Positions 1 to 10,852 are shown, counted from the first letter of the stretch. The stretch: DNA of 64,000 bases from Candidatus Poribacteria bacterium (GCA_965214095.1 OZ243938.1:512001-576000), one strand, 5' to 3'. The notes: a model not told the origin generated them from the sequence alone. Numbers and translations: made by a program.

Positions 1-743
1 GCGTATGGCATGCCTGAATGTTCTGCTTTCTTGGATTCTGCACCACAATTTGTCCCGATTATATCAATATAATTAAGGAGATTATCCCCATTTGAAAATT
101 CCCCACTGCCAAGTATCTGAAGCAAGTCTGATGCGGAATGCCCCCAATCGGTTTTATAGATTTCTTTCCCTGTGCGCCGTTCTTTCGTCCATTTGTATGT
201 CATATTGACAGCGATTGGCAGTTCTGTTTCGCGGGCAATGTCTGCTGCAATCGCTGCTTCTTTAGCCGAAAACATCGTTTCAAGACAGAGAAAGTCCACA
301 CCCTCTTCAGCAAGTGTATGGATAACGAGTTTGTGTGCTTCACGCACATCATCATTTGCAATTCCGAAGGTAGTATCCCCGCTATCTGCTTCTATTGCAC
401 CTGGCGATGGACCAACAGAACCGGCAATGTAGATGTCGTTATCACCCCCTGCAACTGCTTGTTTGGCATGTTTAACTGCAAGTCGAATGAGTCGTTTGGC
501 ATCTGTTTTGTCCTGTCCTGCCATATCCAAGTGTAGAGGAGAAGCGACAAATGTGTTCGTGCCGATAGCTTCCGCACCTGAATTGATATAATCTATATGG
601 ATGTCAACTACCGCATCAGGATATGTTTCATTTGCTATAGCACTGTTTGCAAGTTGAATGTCTCGGGCAAATAATTGAGAACCGAATCCACCATCAAAAA
701 GAATGGGATTATCAGTTTTTAATCGTTCTCGAAAGTCAATCAC
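1..743 (-). CDS. Homocysteine S-methyltransferase family protein (5' part; runs off the window start)
   Basis: Not in the ORF track because it has no stop in the window. Manual translation from GTG 743: MIDFRERLKTDNPILFDGGFGSQL...GAEAIGTNTF...IAGSVGP...VDFLCLETMF...IIGTNCG. These are typical MetH N-terminal/BHMT-domain motifs. AAGGAG lies upstream. Confidence 0.85.
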   Translation of the reverse strand, partial: MIDFRERLKTDNPILFDGGFGSQLFARDIQLANSAIANETYPDAVVDIHIDYINSGAEAIGTNTFVASPLHLDMAGQDKTDAKRLIRLAVKHAKQAVAGGDNDIYIAGSVGPSPGAIEADSGDTTFGIANDDVREAHKLVIHTLAEEGVDFLCLETMFSAKEAAIAADIARETELPIAVNMTYKWTKERRTGKEIYKTDWGHSASDLLQILGSGEFSNGDNLLNYIDIIGTNCGAESKKAEHSGMPY

Positions 744-768
744 GATGTTAGTGTTATCTCCTTAATTC

Positions 769-2682
769 TTATACAATATCTGTCGGCATGCGTTTGAATT
801 GACAACCCTCTACGAAAACGTCAAAGAAATCGGATGTTGTCTCAAGTTCAATATGCTCAATGTTTTTGACGAAATTCTCTATTTCAATCCGTTTTCCTCT
901 TGAAAGCAGGACCGCTTTCGCTCCACCGACAGCCGCGTTGCCTATTTTGACAATTCTATCCTCTGGCACAGGCGCAAGGAAACCTATATCAATGGCATCT
1001 TGGATATTGACATAATTTGCAAATCCACCTGCTAAATAGAGTTTGCTGATGTCCTGTGGAGAACATCCAAAATGACGTAGGACGATATACTGTCCGCAGT
1101 AGTTTGCTGCTTTTGCTTGTGCTAAATTGCTTGCATCATCTCGTGAAAAGGTAATTCCGTGTTCGGGAAAAAGTTCCAATATCCTTTGTTTCCTATCTGC
1201 AAAAACTCCCTTCGGACTCATCTGGTCACTCCGTAGCATTTCAGCGAGTAGAGAGATTAGTCCTGAACCACACAATCCTTGCGGTTCTTTACTATCAATA
1301 GTCTCATATTCAATCTTACCGTCGTTCCATTTCACTGATTCAATCGCACCAGGGTATGCAGGCATACCGTATTCTATACCTCCACCTTCAAATGCGGGTC
1401 CCGCAGGACATGATGCGGAAACCATCCGATTCGAATTTCCTACAACTACCTCAGTGTTTGTGCCGACATCAACCAACATCACGATGTCTTCCTGTGATTG
1501 CATGTCAATAGAAACTAAATCCGCAGCGACATCAGCACCAACATGGCTTGCAATGAGTGGCAGACTGTAGACCAATGCCTTTGGATTTGAACGTATACCT
1601 ATTCGACGTGCTTTTTCGGTTAATGAAGTAGTTGAACGTATACCTTCAAGATATTCATGCTCAATTGTGGATTTATACGGTTTCTGACCGATGCTTTGCA
1701 CATCATGTCGGAAGAAGATGTCACGCATCGTTGTGTTGCCTGCGACTACAATTTCGTAAATCTCCTGTCGCACAAAATCATGCGTTTCACACATCTCCAT
1801 GATTTGACTATTCAACGCTGCTATGAGTGATTTACGGAGTTCTCCCTCAAACTCACCATCATAGGAGATGCGATGCATGATGTCACTGCCACCGAACCGT
1901 TGTGGATTTTCAAAAGAACTAACAGAGACTGTCTCACCGTTCTCCAAATCAACAAGATTAGCAACTACAGTGGTAGTACCGATGTCTAATGCAAGTCCAT
2001 AGATATGTCCACGGAAACGGTCAACGGGTTCGTTGTCGTAATAGACAATGCCATCTTTCTGTGTTACAAGTGGATTGAGAGATTGGGAAGTGTCGGTCTT
2101 TTCTCCAATTGTCCCAATATGTGTCAGGATTCGTGGTGAACGACGGAGTGGGGTAAATTCAATGTGTGCATCAATATCAAGAACAACGGACTGACAAGCA
2201 AGTCGGTAGTTGTCTCGCAGGAATGCCTCTGCTTCATTTTGGGGGCGAAGATGTTCCATTCCTTGCTTTATCTCAACAATACACTCATGGCATTGACCTG
2301 TACGAAAGCAGGAGGTAGGCACTTGAACGGCTAAATCGTCTGCATAATCAAAAACAGTTTTTCCGGGGGAGAGTTGATATGTCTTACCATCACAGGTGAT
2401 TGTACCCTTAGATTTAATATCTAATAAACCTGTATCGTCTGATGCATCTGTTTCCCATGCATCGCGATAATCCAGTTTATCGTCCCCGACACACAGAAGT
2501 CCTGTGCCTTCATCTATCTTTCGTTGGTTTCTGCAACCGAATTGTGCAGTGCAATGGTCAAATCTATTTTTGTACGGACAGCGGTAGGTTGCTTGTTCGT
2601 CAGCATGTGTGATAAGGTCTTCAAAAATTTCTGTGATTTTGTTGAGGCGTTTTTCGTATTCGGATTTATCAATTTTCTTCAT
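769..2682 (-). CDS. ASKHA-type reductive activator of corrinoid proteins (RACo/RamA-like, DUF4445) with a 2Fe-2S ferredoxin domain
   Basis: SCFRTGQCHEC...YRLACQ ferredoxin motif; LDIGTTT, DVGTNTE, CPAGPAFEGG, GLCGSG, YLAGGF and GNAA motifs; adjacent to a corrinoid protein. Confidence 0.88.
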   Translation of the reverse strand: MKKIDKSEYEKRLNKITEIFEDLITHADEQATYRCPYKNRFDHCTAQFGCRNQRKIDEGTGLLCVGDDKLDYRDAWETDASDDTGLLDIKSKGTITCDGKTYQLSPGKTVFDYADDLAVQVPTSCFRTGQCHECIVEIKQGMEHLRPQNEAEAFLRDNYRLACQSVVLDIDAHIEFTPLRRSPRILTHIGTIGEKTDTSQSLNPLVTQKDGIVYYDNEPVDRFRGHIYGLALDIGTTTVVANLVDLENGETVSVSSFENPQRFGGSDIMHRISYDGEFEGELRKSLIAALNSQIMEMCETHDFVRQEIYEIVVAGNTTMRDIFFRHDVQSIGQKPYKSTIEHEYLEGIRSTTSLTEKARRIGIRSNPKALVYSLPLIASHVGADVAADLVSIDMQSQEDIVMLVDVGTNTEVVVGNSNRMVSASCPAGPAFEGGGIEYGMPAYPGAIESVKWNDGKIEYETIDSKEPQGLCGSGLISLLAEMLRSDQMSPKGVFADRKQRILELFPEHGITFSRDDASNLAQAKAANYCGQYIVLRHFGCSPQDISKLYLAGGFANYVNIQDAIDIGFLAPVPEDRIVKIGNAAVGGAKAVLLSRGKRIEIENFVKNIEHIELETTSDFFDVFVEGCQFKRMPTDIV

Positions 2683-2701
2683 AAAATTCTATCTATAAGC
2701 G

Positions 2702-3460
2702 TTACCATTCTTCGTCAGGTTCTTCAAGAAACTGCTTTGCCAAAGCAACACATTCCAGAGCGTCTTTTCCGTAGCCATCTGCACCCATATCGTCTGCAAA
2801 GGTCTGCGTAACAGGGGCACCACCAACCATAATCTTCACTTCTTCACGTAGGTCTTCATCAATAAATGCATCAATCGTTTTACCCATATTTGGCATTGTT
2901 GTTGTCAATAAGGCAGACATACCTAAAATGGGTGCTTCGTATTCTTCCACTGCATCAATAAACTCGTCTTCAGAGGTGTCCACCCCTAAATCGTGGACGA
3001 CGAAACCGGCACCGCGCAACATCATAATACATAGGTTCTTACCGATGTCATGCAGATCACCTTTGACTGTTCCCATGATGACAGTGCCGACAGGTTCAAT
3101 ACCCGAATCGGATAGGATCGGTTCAATGTGTGCCATTCCTGCTTTCATCGCACGTGCACAGGCAAGGACTTCTGGGACAAAGATGAAATTTTCACGAAAC
3201 TTGATGCCGACAATACCCATTCCTATTATTAATCCATCATCCATGATTTCTAAGGCTTCAGTGCCATTACCAAGTGCTTCTTCTGTGAGTTCGTCAACGG
3301 TGTGATGGTCACCATCAATCAGTGCAGCGGAAACGTCCTGCATGGCTGGTGATGCCTGTGAGAACATCTCAATAAAACGTTCTTTCTCATCAGGACGTTC
3401 AAGGTATTCTTCAATTTCTTCACGGATGAATTCGTTCGCGATGTCATTTATTGATGCCAC
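2702..3460 (-). CDS. Corrinoid (cobalamin-binding) methyltransferase protein
   Basis: GTVKGDLHDIGKNL (DxHxxG), SALLTTTM and MVGGAPV motifs plus an FVPEVL cap. Start moved to GTG 3460, which has GGAGG upstream. Confidence 0.9.
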   Translation of the reverse strand: MASINDIANEFIREEIEEYLERPDEKERFIEMFSQASPAMQDVSAALIDGDHHTVDELTEEALGNGTEALEIMDDGLIIGMGIVGIKFRENFIFVPEVLACARAMKAGMAHIEPILSDSGIEPVGTVIMGTVKGDLHDIGKNLCIMMLRGAGFVVHDLGVDTSEDEFIDAVEEYEAPILGMSALLTTTMPNMGKTIDAFIDEDLREEVKIMVGGAPVTQTFADDMGADGYGKDALECVALAKQFLEEPDEEW

Positions 3461-3534
3461 AGTTTGCGTAATCCTCCCTAAAGATATAGGATACCACACA
3501 GATGGAAAAATGGCAAATAAAATAGAAACAAGGA

Positions 3535-4119
3535 TTACCACCTTGTAGCTGCTTCACGATACAACTGAATCTGCTCCATATTGCGTGGCACTGAAACCTG
3601 CAGAGACTTCCTTTTTCTATAAACATCCTTCAGGACTATCGGGGTACGAAGCATATTGGTTAAAGTAACTATACCTGATTCAAAATATACCCACATCCGT
3701 TGTTCTGCATAAGGGTTCAGCACATAGGCAGAATCGATATTTTCAGATTTTCCTACGATTTCTGAAAAAGCATCGTATTTTGGATATGTGAGTTCAATGG
3801 TCTTGTCGTATCCCTCTAAAAATACTTGTTCCGGTGGAGTTTTGGGGGTATATCCGCTTAACTTACACTTACTTATCTGAATGGGTGCCCCCGATTTATT
3901 CGTAAGATGTAATGAGACAACAATCGCTAACTTGTTATTATCATCACGATTGATAAACCATGTGTCGTCCTGTATTATCTGCACGGTCAATCCAGATATC
4001 TGTCGCCATCTGTGGTAAATGATAGCAGATAAAACTATACATACCAAACCGAGTAAAATCCAATGTCCCGTTGATGTTGTGAATAACTTCAAGAGTTCAT
4101 TGAGAGTTTGTTGAAGCAC
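3535..4119 (-). CDS. Hypothetical membrane-anchored protein
   Basis: 194-aa ORF with one N-terminal hydrophobic helix; AAGGAG RBS; overlaps the tsaC 3' end. Confidence 0.7.
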   Translation of the reverse strand: MLQQTLNELLKLFTTSTGHWILLGLVCIVLSAIIYHRWRQISGLTVQIIQDDTWFINRDDNNKLAIVVSLHLTNKSGAPIQISKCKLSGYTPKTPPEQVFLEGYDKTIELTYPKYDAFSEIVGKSENIDSAYVLNPYAEQRMWVYFESGIVTLTNMLRTPIVLKDVYRKRKSLQVSVPRNMEQIQLYREAATRW

Positions 4120-4733
4120 ATCAACTCCTTGTTCAGTGTTTCAGTAGAAATTACACCTTCTCTGTGGACAATATAGGGTGAAACCGAGATATCATATACC
4201 GTTGAAGGAATGGGTCCGGGTGTTTTTCCATCATCTGCAATAAAATCTAATCTCGCTGTCAGTTCGTCTCCAAATTCTTTCGGGGAGGTAGCTGCAGGTT
4301 GTCCAGATAGATTGGCACTTGTAATTGCAAGAGGTCCACCAAATTCCTGTAGTATTTTCAACAGTAAAGGTTGATTTGGAATACGCAGACCGACTGAGGT
4401 TCCACCTGCAGTAAGTTGAGGCAGTAGGTTTTTTGATTGGACGATGATTGTCAGTCCTCCGGGCCAATATTTTTCTGTGAGGTGAAAAAAGAATGGTGGT
4501 AGGTTCTGTGAGACTTTATGTACATCGTCAACAGATCCGAGTACTAAAGGAATCGGTTTATCTTCAGGTCTACCTTTGATCGTGTATAGTTTTTGCACAG
4601 CATCGGGGTTGAAAGGGTCTGCACCTATTCCGTAGACTGTATCGGTAGGTATTGCAATGATACCGCCTGATTTCAGGGTATTTACTGCATCGGTAACGCG
4701 TGAATCAGAATCCAAGTATAATCCTCCCTTCAA
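4089..4733 (-). CDS. tsaC: L-threonylcarbamoyladenylate synthase (YrdC/Sua5 family)
   Basis: IPTDTVYG, KGRPEDKP, WPGGLT and TSANLSG motifs. The true start may be TTG 4715 (GGGAGG upstream). Confidence 0.92.
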   Translation of the reverse strand: MKGGLYLDSDSRVTDAVNTLKSGGIIAIPTDTVYGIGADPFNPDAVQKLYTIKGRPEDKPIPLVLGSVDDVHKVSQNLPPFFFHLTEKYWPGGLTIIVQSKNLLPQLTAGGTSVGLRIPNQPLLLKILQEFGGPLAITSANLSGQPAATSPKEFGDELTARLDFIADDGKTPGPIPSTVYDISVSPYIVHREGVISTETLNKELMCFNKLSMNS

Positions 4734-5752
4734 ACATCAACGATAGATCCGTTAGCAGCAGCGTTGAGAGAAAGTTCATCTCGCAACCCCTGCTGATATT
4801 TTTCATAAGCGATGCCTGCAATCATTGCACCGTTATCGGTACAAAGATTGATTGGAGGATAGTAGACCTCAGTACCAATTTCTATTGCAGCTGACTTCAA
4901 TGAAGATCGTAGGTGGCTGTTCGCTGCAACACCGCCTGTCAATGTAATGGTGCGTGCATCTGTGGTTTTAGCTGCATGCACAGTCTTAGCAACGAGTACT
5001 TCCACGACAGCCGCCTGAAAACTGGCCGCAATGTCCTCAATTGCTATTTCTCCATGAGTAATCTTATTGTCGCGTTCTGCTTTCTCTACAAAATAGCGGA
5101 CAGAGGTCTTTATTCCACTAAAACTAAATTGGTAATCGCCACTTCGTAGCATAGGACGTGGGAAGTCTATTGCTTTAGGATTACCTTTCTGTGCCAATTC
5201 ATCAATAATACGTCCACCGGGAAATCCGAGTCCGAGATACTTAGACACTTTATCATAGACTTCGCCTGCGGCATCGTCCTGCGTTGTACCTAAGACTTTG
5301 TATGTCCATCCTTCATAAACTTCCACAAGTAAGGTGTGTCCACCTGATACAGTCAAGCAAATATGTGGAAATGTCAAGGTCTCATGCACCATGTAATTGG
5401 CGTAGATATGTCCTTCTATATGATTGATACCGAGTAGTGGGAGATTATGACAATACGCCAGACTCTTTGCGGCTGCAACACCTACAAGCAAGGCACCGAT
5501 GAGTCCAGGACGGTTGGTAACCGCTATGGCATCTATATCAGCAAAGGTGGTGTCTGCTTCTTTCAAGGCTTTATTGACGATGTAGTTGATGGCTTCTATG
5601 TGTTTCCGTGATGCTAATTCAGGAACAACACCACCATATTCTTGATGTGCTTTTACCTGAGATGCAACTACATTGGAGATGACTTCACGACCATCCTCAA
5701 CGATTGCTGCTGCTGTTTCATCACAAGATGTATCAATTCCAAGTATTTTCAC
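4730..5752 (-). CDS. tsaD: tRNA N6-adenosine threonylcarbamoyltransferase
   Basis: LGIDTSCDET, GGVVPELASRKH, HIEGH, SGGHT and CTDNGAMIA motifs. Confidence 0.97.
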   Translation of the reverse strand: MKILGIDTSCDETAAAIVEDGREVISNVVASQVKAHQEYGGVVPELASRKHIEAINYIVNKALKEADTTFADIDAIAVTNRPGLIGALLVGVAAAKSLAYCHNLPLLGINHIEGHIYANYMVHETLTFPHICLTVSGGHTLLVEVYEGWTYKVLGTTQDDAAGEVYDKVSKYLGLGFPGGRIIDELAQKGNPKAIDFPRPMLRSGDYQFSFSGIKTSVRYFVEKAERDNKITHGEIAIEDIAASFQAAVVEVLVAKTVHAAKTTDARTITLTGGVAANSHLRSSLKSAAIEIGTEVYYPPINLCTDNGAMIAGIAYEKYQQGLRDELSLNAAANGSIVDV

Positions 5753-5941
5753 AAGTGTATCTTCAATGTTATGGTATAGATGTTAGATAGTGTTTTCATT
5801 ATATCACATAAATATCTGTTAGACAATGGTTTTATGGTGAAGCATCAGGGGTATTTAGTTTTAAGAATTCGTAATTATTGAAGTTAACTTACTGTTAAGT
5901 CACTGAATCGGTTCATCACTGAATTTATTGGATATTGATTC

Positions 5942-6129
5942 TTGCCTGAACCAGGATTTTCAGATTTACAAATCAAAGGTATGAATGCCTTTTGGCATTC
6001 ACTGGGACAAGAGTCTGAAACATCAAAGTGCCATCCAGAGAATAAACGTCAAACTGGGAATAGGAACTTTGCAGAGCCAAACTCATAATCCTGCAAATCT
6101 ACTAATCCTGCAAATCCTGGTTCAGACAA
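5942..6129. repeat. Inverted-repeat-bounded intergenic element (non-GTAG family)
   Basis: TTGCCTGAACCAGGATTT at 5942 and AAATCCTGGTTCAGACAA ending at 6129 form a 17/18 inverted match. Internal tandem TAATCCTGCAAATC x2 and hairpin GAATGCC-TTTT-GGCATTC. Confidence 0.7.
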
Positions 6130-6558
6130 ATAGAAATACACGCAACTTCTGTGAAATTAGAAATTCATCCAAAAACAAACAGAAAATGAAAAATATGTGA
6201 TATTGTAAAAAATAATTTGACATAAGTATATATATATGTTAATATATATTTTTATAATTACAAAATATATGTTATATATAGTTTAACAATATTGAGAGAT
6301 TTGTAGGAGTGATATAATAGATACTATGATGAATATAGAACACGATATTCAGACAATTCATCACAAATTTCTATACAAAAACAACTTACAAATGTCAGCA
6401 TCTCAGAAGAATCTTACAGTTTACAAGATTTAAATTTTAGTACCATCAGATTATGTGCTATATACCCATACAGATACTGGAGTTATAGGCAATTTACCTG
6501 TCTTACAGTTTGTAAGAGATTTCTTACAGTTTCGTAACTTTTCAAGAAGGAGACAACC

Positions 6559-7296
6559 ATGAAATTACAAGATAAACACAATGAATTTGCTGTCAAATGC
6601 TACGCAAAATACATGAAAACCAACGATGTCGTCCAAGCGTTAATTGAAGGATTCGCTGACGAACTTCCACAACCGCCACTACCACCAAAATTGCTCGATT
6701 ATGAGAAGGAAGTGGAAGGTATTGATTACCAGTATAGCAAGAATGAATATGTCACAGAACAAATGAAAGAGATAAAACATCGATACTTCAAAACATACGA
6801 AAACAAAGGACACACCAAGCTTAAACAACACTACGAAAGACTCATACAAGACATTGAGAAAGATTTCGATCTGAATTGGAGAGAAAAACGTAAAGAACGA
6901 CTCAACGACCTACTGCACAAACATAGCTTGGAAGAAAAAGACTTTTACAAAAAACTCAGTTCAGAACTTTCAAACCAAATCCGAAGACTAAACATCACGC
7001 ACACGCAATTTCCAGAAAAGTATCAGAAATTATTCAACGAAACACGTGCTGAATTCTTCAAATGTCAAGGCAACCAAAACCTGCCAAATAACGATAATAT
7101 ACTAAATGAATTAGAAACAATGTACGCCTATGTGAAAAACCTGATCTTTCAAGAAGAAATACCCGCAGAAGTTATTAAACAGGTTAACATGGCACACAAC
7201 TTACTAAAAACCATTGCATCACATAAGCAAAATGATATACAAAAACAGGAGACAAATATAGACACACAAAAATCAAATCATACAGAACTTTCGTAG
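6559..7296 (+). CDS. Hypothetical helical protein, N- and C-terminal parts reminiscent of DUF2280
   Basis: AAGGAG RBS; 245 aa. FAVKCYAKYMKTNDVVQALIEGF and EKYQKLFNETRAEF resemble DUF2280 segments (family call tentative). Confidence 0.7.
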   Translation: MKLQDKHNEFAVKCYAKYMKTNDVVQALIEGFADELPQPPLPPKLLDYEKEVEGIDYQYSKNEYVTEQMKEIKHRYFKTYENKGHTKLKQHYERLIQDIEKDFDLNWREKRKERLNDLLHKHSLEEKDFYKKLSSELSNQIRRLNITHTQFPEKYQKLFNETRAEFFKCQGNQNLPNNDNILNELETMYAYVKNLIFQEEIPAEVIKQVNMAHNLLKTIASHKQNDIQKQETNIDTQKSNHTELS

Positions 7297-7299
7297 GTT

Positions 7300-7370
7300 A
7301 TACCATTTCTAAAAGATAACTTGTCATTATTAAAATAGGTGTTTGTAATCGTGCAATTCATTGCGCCTCT
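7300..7370. mobile_element. Truncated family-A-type MITE with a degenerate REP
   Basis: Left TIR ATACCATTTCTA, then GTAATCGTGCAATTCATTGCGCCTCTTA matching 38383-38410. No right TIR is visible. Confidence 0.55.
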
Positions 7371-7496
7371 TATATTCTCTGTCTTCGTTTGAAGTCACAA
7401 TCTCATAATGAACTATTCTTTAATAGAATATTGATTGACAAATTTCCATAGAAGCATTAATATATTGTCATTATTTATGCCTATTGGAGGGGAATA

Positions 7497-8348
7497 ATGG
7501 ATAAACTCTCTATTGTTGATACACATGTTCATCTGTGGCATCCTAAGCAACTCAGATATCCATGGCTGAAACAGGTTCCAGCATTAAATAAACCGTATCT
7601 TCTGGAGGATTATTCTGCCGCACACGATAATCTGGAAGTAGAATCCATTGTCTTCGTCCAATGTGACACGCATCCAGATGATGGTCTAAAGGAGACCGCG
7701 TGGGTTACTTCACTTGTCGCTACAGAACCACGTATCAGAGGTATTGTTGCTTGGGCTCCACTTGAAGAGGGTCAACAAGTTGCACCTTTTGTGGAAAAAT
7801 TGGCAGAAGAAAATCTTGTCAAAGGTATCCGTAGACTAATTCAAGGGGAAAGTGTTGATTTTTGTATCCAACCTAACTTTGTGAATGGCGTGAAAACGCT
7901 TGCAAGGTATGGATTGAGTTTTGACATCTGTATCTTTCACCCACAACTTGCTAATGCTATTCGTCTTGTTGAGCAGTGTCCAAATGTCCAATTTGTGTTA
8001 GATCATATTGGTAAACCGGACATCAAAAATCAGTTGTTTGACCCGTGGAAACAAGAACTGAAAACGCTTGCAGAATTTCCGAATGTCCACTGCAAAATCT
8101 CTGGATTGGTAACAGAAGCAGATCAGGAAACTTGGACACCTGCTGATCTACAACCCTATATTGACCATGTAATAGCATGCTTTGGGTTTGGCAGAGTCAT
8201 GTATGGGAGTGATTGGCCCGTATCAACACTTGCATCGGATTATAAACGTTGGGTGCACACATTACAAGTAGCAGTAGCCGGATGTAGTGATGATGAGTTT
8301 AGCAAGTTATTTCACGACAATGCAAAGAGATTCTATAGACTGAAGTAA
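7497..8348 (+). CDS. Amidohydrolase_2 family protein (L-fuconolactonase-like)
   Basis: DTHVHLW, LDHIGKP, CKISGL and YGSDWPV motifs; GGAGG RBS. Confidence 0.88.
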   Translation: MDKLSIVDTHVHLWHPKQLRYPWLKQVPALNKPYLLEDYSAAHDNLEVESIVFVQCDTHPDDGLKETAWVTSLVATEPRIRGIVAWAPLEEGQQVAPFVEKLAEENLVKGIRRLIQGESVDFCIQPNFVNGVKTLARYGLSFDICIFHPQLANAIRLVEQCPNVQFVLDHIGKPDIKNQLFDPWKQELKTLAEFPNVHCKISGLVTEADQETWTPADLQPYIDHVIACFGFGRVMYGSDWPVSTLASDYKRWVHTLQVAVAGCSDDEFSKLFHDNAKRFYRLK

Positions 8349-8399
8349 GCACAGTGTGTAAATATGCACATTACTTTGGTAAATTGCAATCATATCACT

Positions 8400-10586
8400 C
8401 TATTTGTTTCTCTCCTTTACCTCGCGCCTGCGGGGATGTAGCACAAATTCTGTATATCCATTGGGTAACTCGCACCCTTTAAGAACAAGATCTAATGCGG
8501 CTTGGAAGGCAATGCTATCATTATAATTCGGTGACATATTTTGATAGTTTGGGTCATCTGCGTTTTGTTCGTCAACCACCTTCGCCATACGTTGAAAAGT
8601 CTCAGTTACCTGTTCTTTGGATACAATCCCATGATGTAACCAGTTTGCAATATGTTGGCTTGAAATCCGTAACGTTGCACGATCCTCCATCAAACCGATG
8701 TTGTTTATATCAGGTATCTTTGAACAACCGATACCTTGGTCTACCCATCGTACAACATAACCGAGTATTCCTTGTGCATTATTCTCAATCTCACGTTGGA
8801 TTTCCTTCTTAGACAATTCCCTATCTTTCAGTAGTGGAGGGGTTAACAGATCTTTTAAGTTTGCCCGTTCACGTGATGTCAATTCTTCTAATCTTGTAGC
8901 AACATTTACACGGTGATAGTGGATTGCGTGGAGCGTCGCTGCAGTGGGAGAAGGAACCCATGCAGTCGTTGCACCTGCCAACGGATGATTCACTTTTGTA
9001 TCAAGCATCTCTGCCATCTCATCGGGTTTTGTCCACATCCCTTTGCCTATCTGTGAAATCCCAGGTAATCCAGTTTCAATGCCGATGTCAACATTCCAAT
9101 CTTCATAGGCACGCATCCAAGGTTCATTGCGAATGTCCATTTTCGGTATCATCGCATCTGCTTGCATGCTTGTGTGAATTTCATCACCCGTTCTATCTAA
9201 AAATCCAGTATTGATAAAGACAAGTCGTTCAGAGGCAATCCGTAGCACTTCCTTTAGATTGACGGTGGTGCGGCGTTCCTCGTCCATTATACCTATCTTA
9301 ATAGTGTTATTCGGAAGACCAAGTGCTGTTTCTATTCTTTTGAATAAACGAACTGTCATATCAACTTCTTCGGGACCGTGGAATTTCGGTTTCACGATAT
9401 ATATACTACCCGTTTGGCTGTTCTTATATTCTCCGTTGCTATTTATGTCATGCATCGCACCAAATGTAGTCATCATAGCATCCAGAAAACCTTCAGGTAT
9501 CTCCTCTCCATCTGTTGTAATGACCGCATCTGTATACATGTGGAGACCGACATTGCGTATCAGTAACAGGCTTCGTCCGGGCAGTGTGTAGGTGCTTCCA
9601 TCCGTTGATGTCCATGTTTTATCCGAAGTTAATTTTCTGTTGATTGTCTTGCCGTTTTTCTCAAAAGTAGATTCCAATGTGCCTTTCATAATTCCGTTCC
9701 AATTGCTATAGACACGCACCTTATCCTCAGCATCAACAGCAGCAACCGAATCCTCACAATCTTGGATTGTTGTTATAGCAGATTCAAGGATTACATCTAC
9801 AACACCAGCGGGATGCTCTTTACCTATTAGATGATCTCTGTTAATCTTGATTTCTATGTGTAGACCATTATTTTGGAATAGGATTGCACTAAGCTCTCCA
9901 CCTTTTTGCGTGAAGCCAACAAATTTATTGGGTTCTTCTAATCCGGTTTCCTTCCCATCACGAAGTACTGCGTTTAAATGTAAATTGCTGTCAACTTCTT
10001 TGAGTGAAAATTGCTTTATATCTGAATAAGTTCCAGATTCCAGCGAAACAACTTCATCCAAGAACCTCTCTGTGAATTCAATCACCTTTGCACCACGGAT
10101 TGGATTGTAGTTTCCATCACGATCTGCTCCTGCTGATTCGTCAATAACATCTGTTCCGTAAAGGGCATCGTAGAGACTCCCCCAACGTGCGTTTGTTGCA
10201 TTTAATGCATAACGTGCATTATCTAAAGGGACTACTAACTGCGGTCCAGCAATAGATGCAATCTCAGCATCAACATGAGTTGTCGTCACTTTGAAATCAT
10301 CGCCTTCAGGTAGAAGACAGCCGATTTCTTTGAGGAATGTAGAATATTCGTCATAATCAATTGGTTCGTCCTTATGTTCCAAATGCCATGCGTCAATCTG
10401 TTCCTGTATTGTATCACGTTTATCCAATAGAGATCGGTTTTCTGGGGCAAAGTCAGTTACAATGGTATCAAATGCCTTCCAAAACTCGTCCGCACCTATC
10501 CCTGTACCTGGGGCAATTTCATCTCTTACTAATGCATATAATTCTCTATCAATTTTAAGATTCCCGACATCAATCCGCTTTTCCAT
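8400..10586 (-). CDS. glcB: Malate synthase G
   Basis: 728 aa; [44 protein letters not shown] and [13 protein letters not shown] motifs. Confidence 0.97.
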   Translation of the reverse strand: MEKRIDVGNLKIDRELYALVRDEIAPGTGIGADEFWKAFDTIVTDFAPENRSLLDKRDTIQEQIDAWHLEHKDEPIDYDEYSTFLKEIGCLLPEGDDFKVTTTHVDAEIASIAGPQLVVPLDNARYALNATNARWGSLYDALYGTDVIDESAGADRDGNYNPIRGAKVIEFTERFLDEVVSLESGTYSDIKQFSLKEVDSNLHLNAVLRDGKETGLEEPNKFVGFTQKGGELSAILFQNNGLHIEIKINRDHLIGKEHPAGVVDVILESAITTIQDCEDSVAAVDAEDKVRVYSNWNGIMKGTLESTFEKNGKTINRKLTSDKTWTSTDGSTYTLPGRSLLLIRNVGLHMYTDAVITTDGEEIPEGFLDAMMTTFGAMHDINSNGEYKNSQTGSIYIVKPKFHGPEEVDMTVRLFKRIETALGLPNNTIKIGIMDEERRTTVNLKEVLRIASERLVFINTGFLDRTGDEIHTSMQADAMIPKMDIRNEPWMRAYEDWNVDIGIETGLPGISQIGKGMWTKPDEMAEMLDTKVNHPLAGATTAWVPSPTAATLHAIHYHRVNVATRLEELTSRERANLKDLLTPPLLKDRELSKKEIQREIENNAQGILGYVVRWVDQGIGCSKIPDINNIGLMEDRATLRISSQHIANWLHHGIVSKEQVTETFQRMAKVVDEQNADDPNYQNMSPNYNDSIAFQAALDLVLKGCELPNGYTEFVLHPRRREVKERNK

Positions 10587-10634
10587 GTTATTATTTTCCT
10601 TTGCTATCGTGCATAATTCTATATGATGTATCTT

Positions 10635-10748
10635 ATACCATTTCTAATTGAAAACACCGCATTTTTGTAGCACAAACTGCCAGTTTGTGCAGTCCTTCAA
10701 GACATTCTTAACAAATGCTAATGGTATAAACATTTATAGAAATGGTAT
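10635..10748. mobile_element. Family A MITE-like element (114 bp), copy 1
   Basis: TIR ATACCATTTCTA...TAGAAATGGTAT; internal GTAGCACAAACTGCCAGTTTGTGC hairpin; near-identical copies at 13339 and 37321. Confidence 0.85.
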
Positions 10749-10823
10749 TATGTATGATATATTATCAACAGTTCTATGACGAGTCAATTTGTTTTTGAAA
10801 CGACCTGACCATACCAATTTCCT

Positions 10824-10852
10824 TTGACAATATGACACTGATAAGTTATATT
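10824..10852 (+). promoter_or_regulatory. Sigma70-type promoter
   Basis: TTGACA-17 nt-TATATT upstream of ORF 10896. Confidence 0.55.

Noticed and set aside
138-577. Short track ORFs at the window start
   Set aside because: They are shadows of the minus-strand methyltransferase that runs off the window.
6559-7296. Prophage
   Set aside because: There is only one possibly phage-related gene and no integrase or structural genes.
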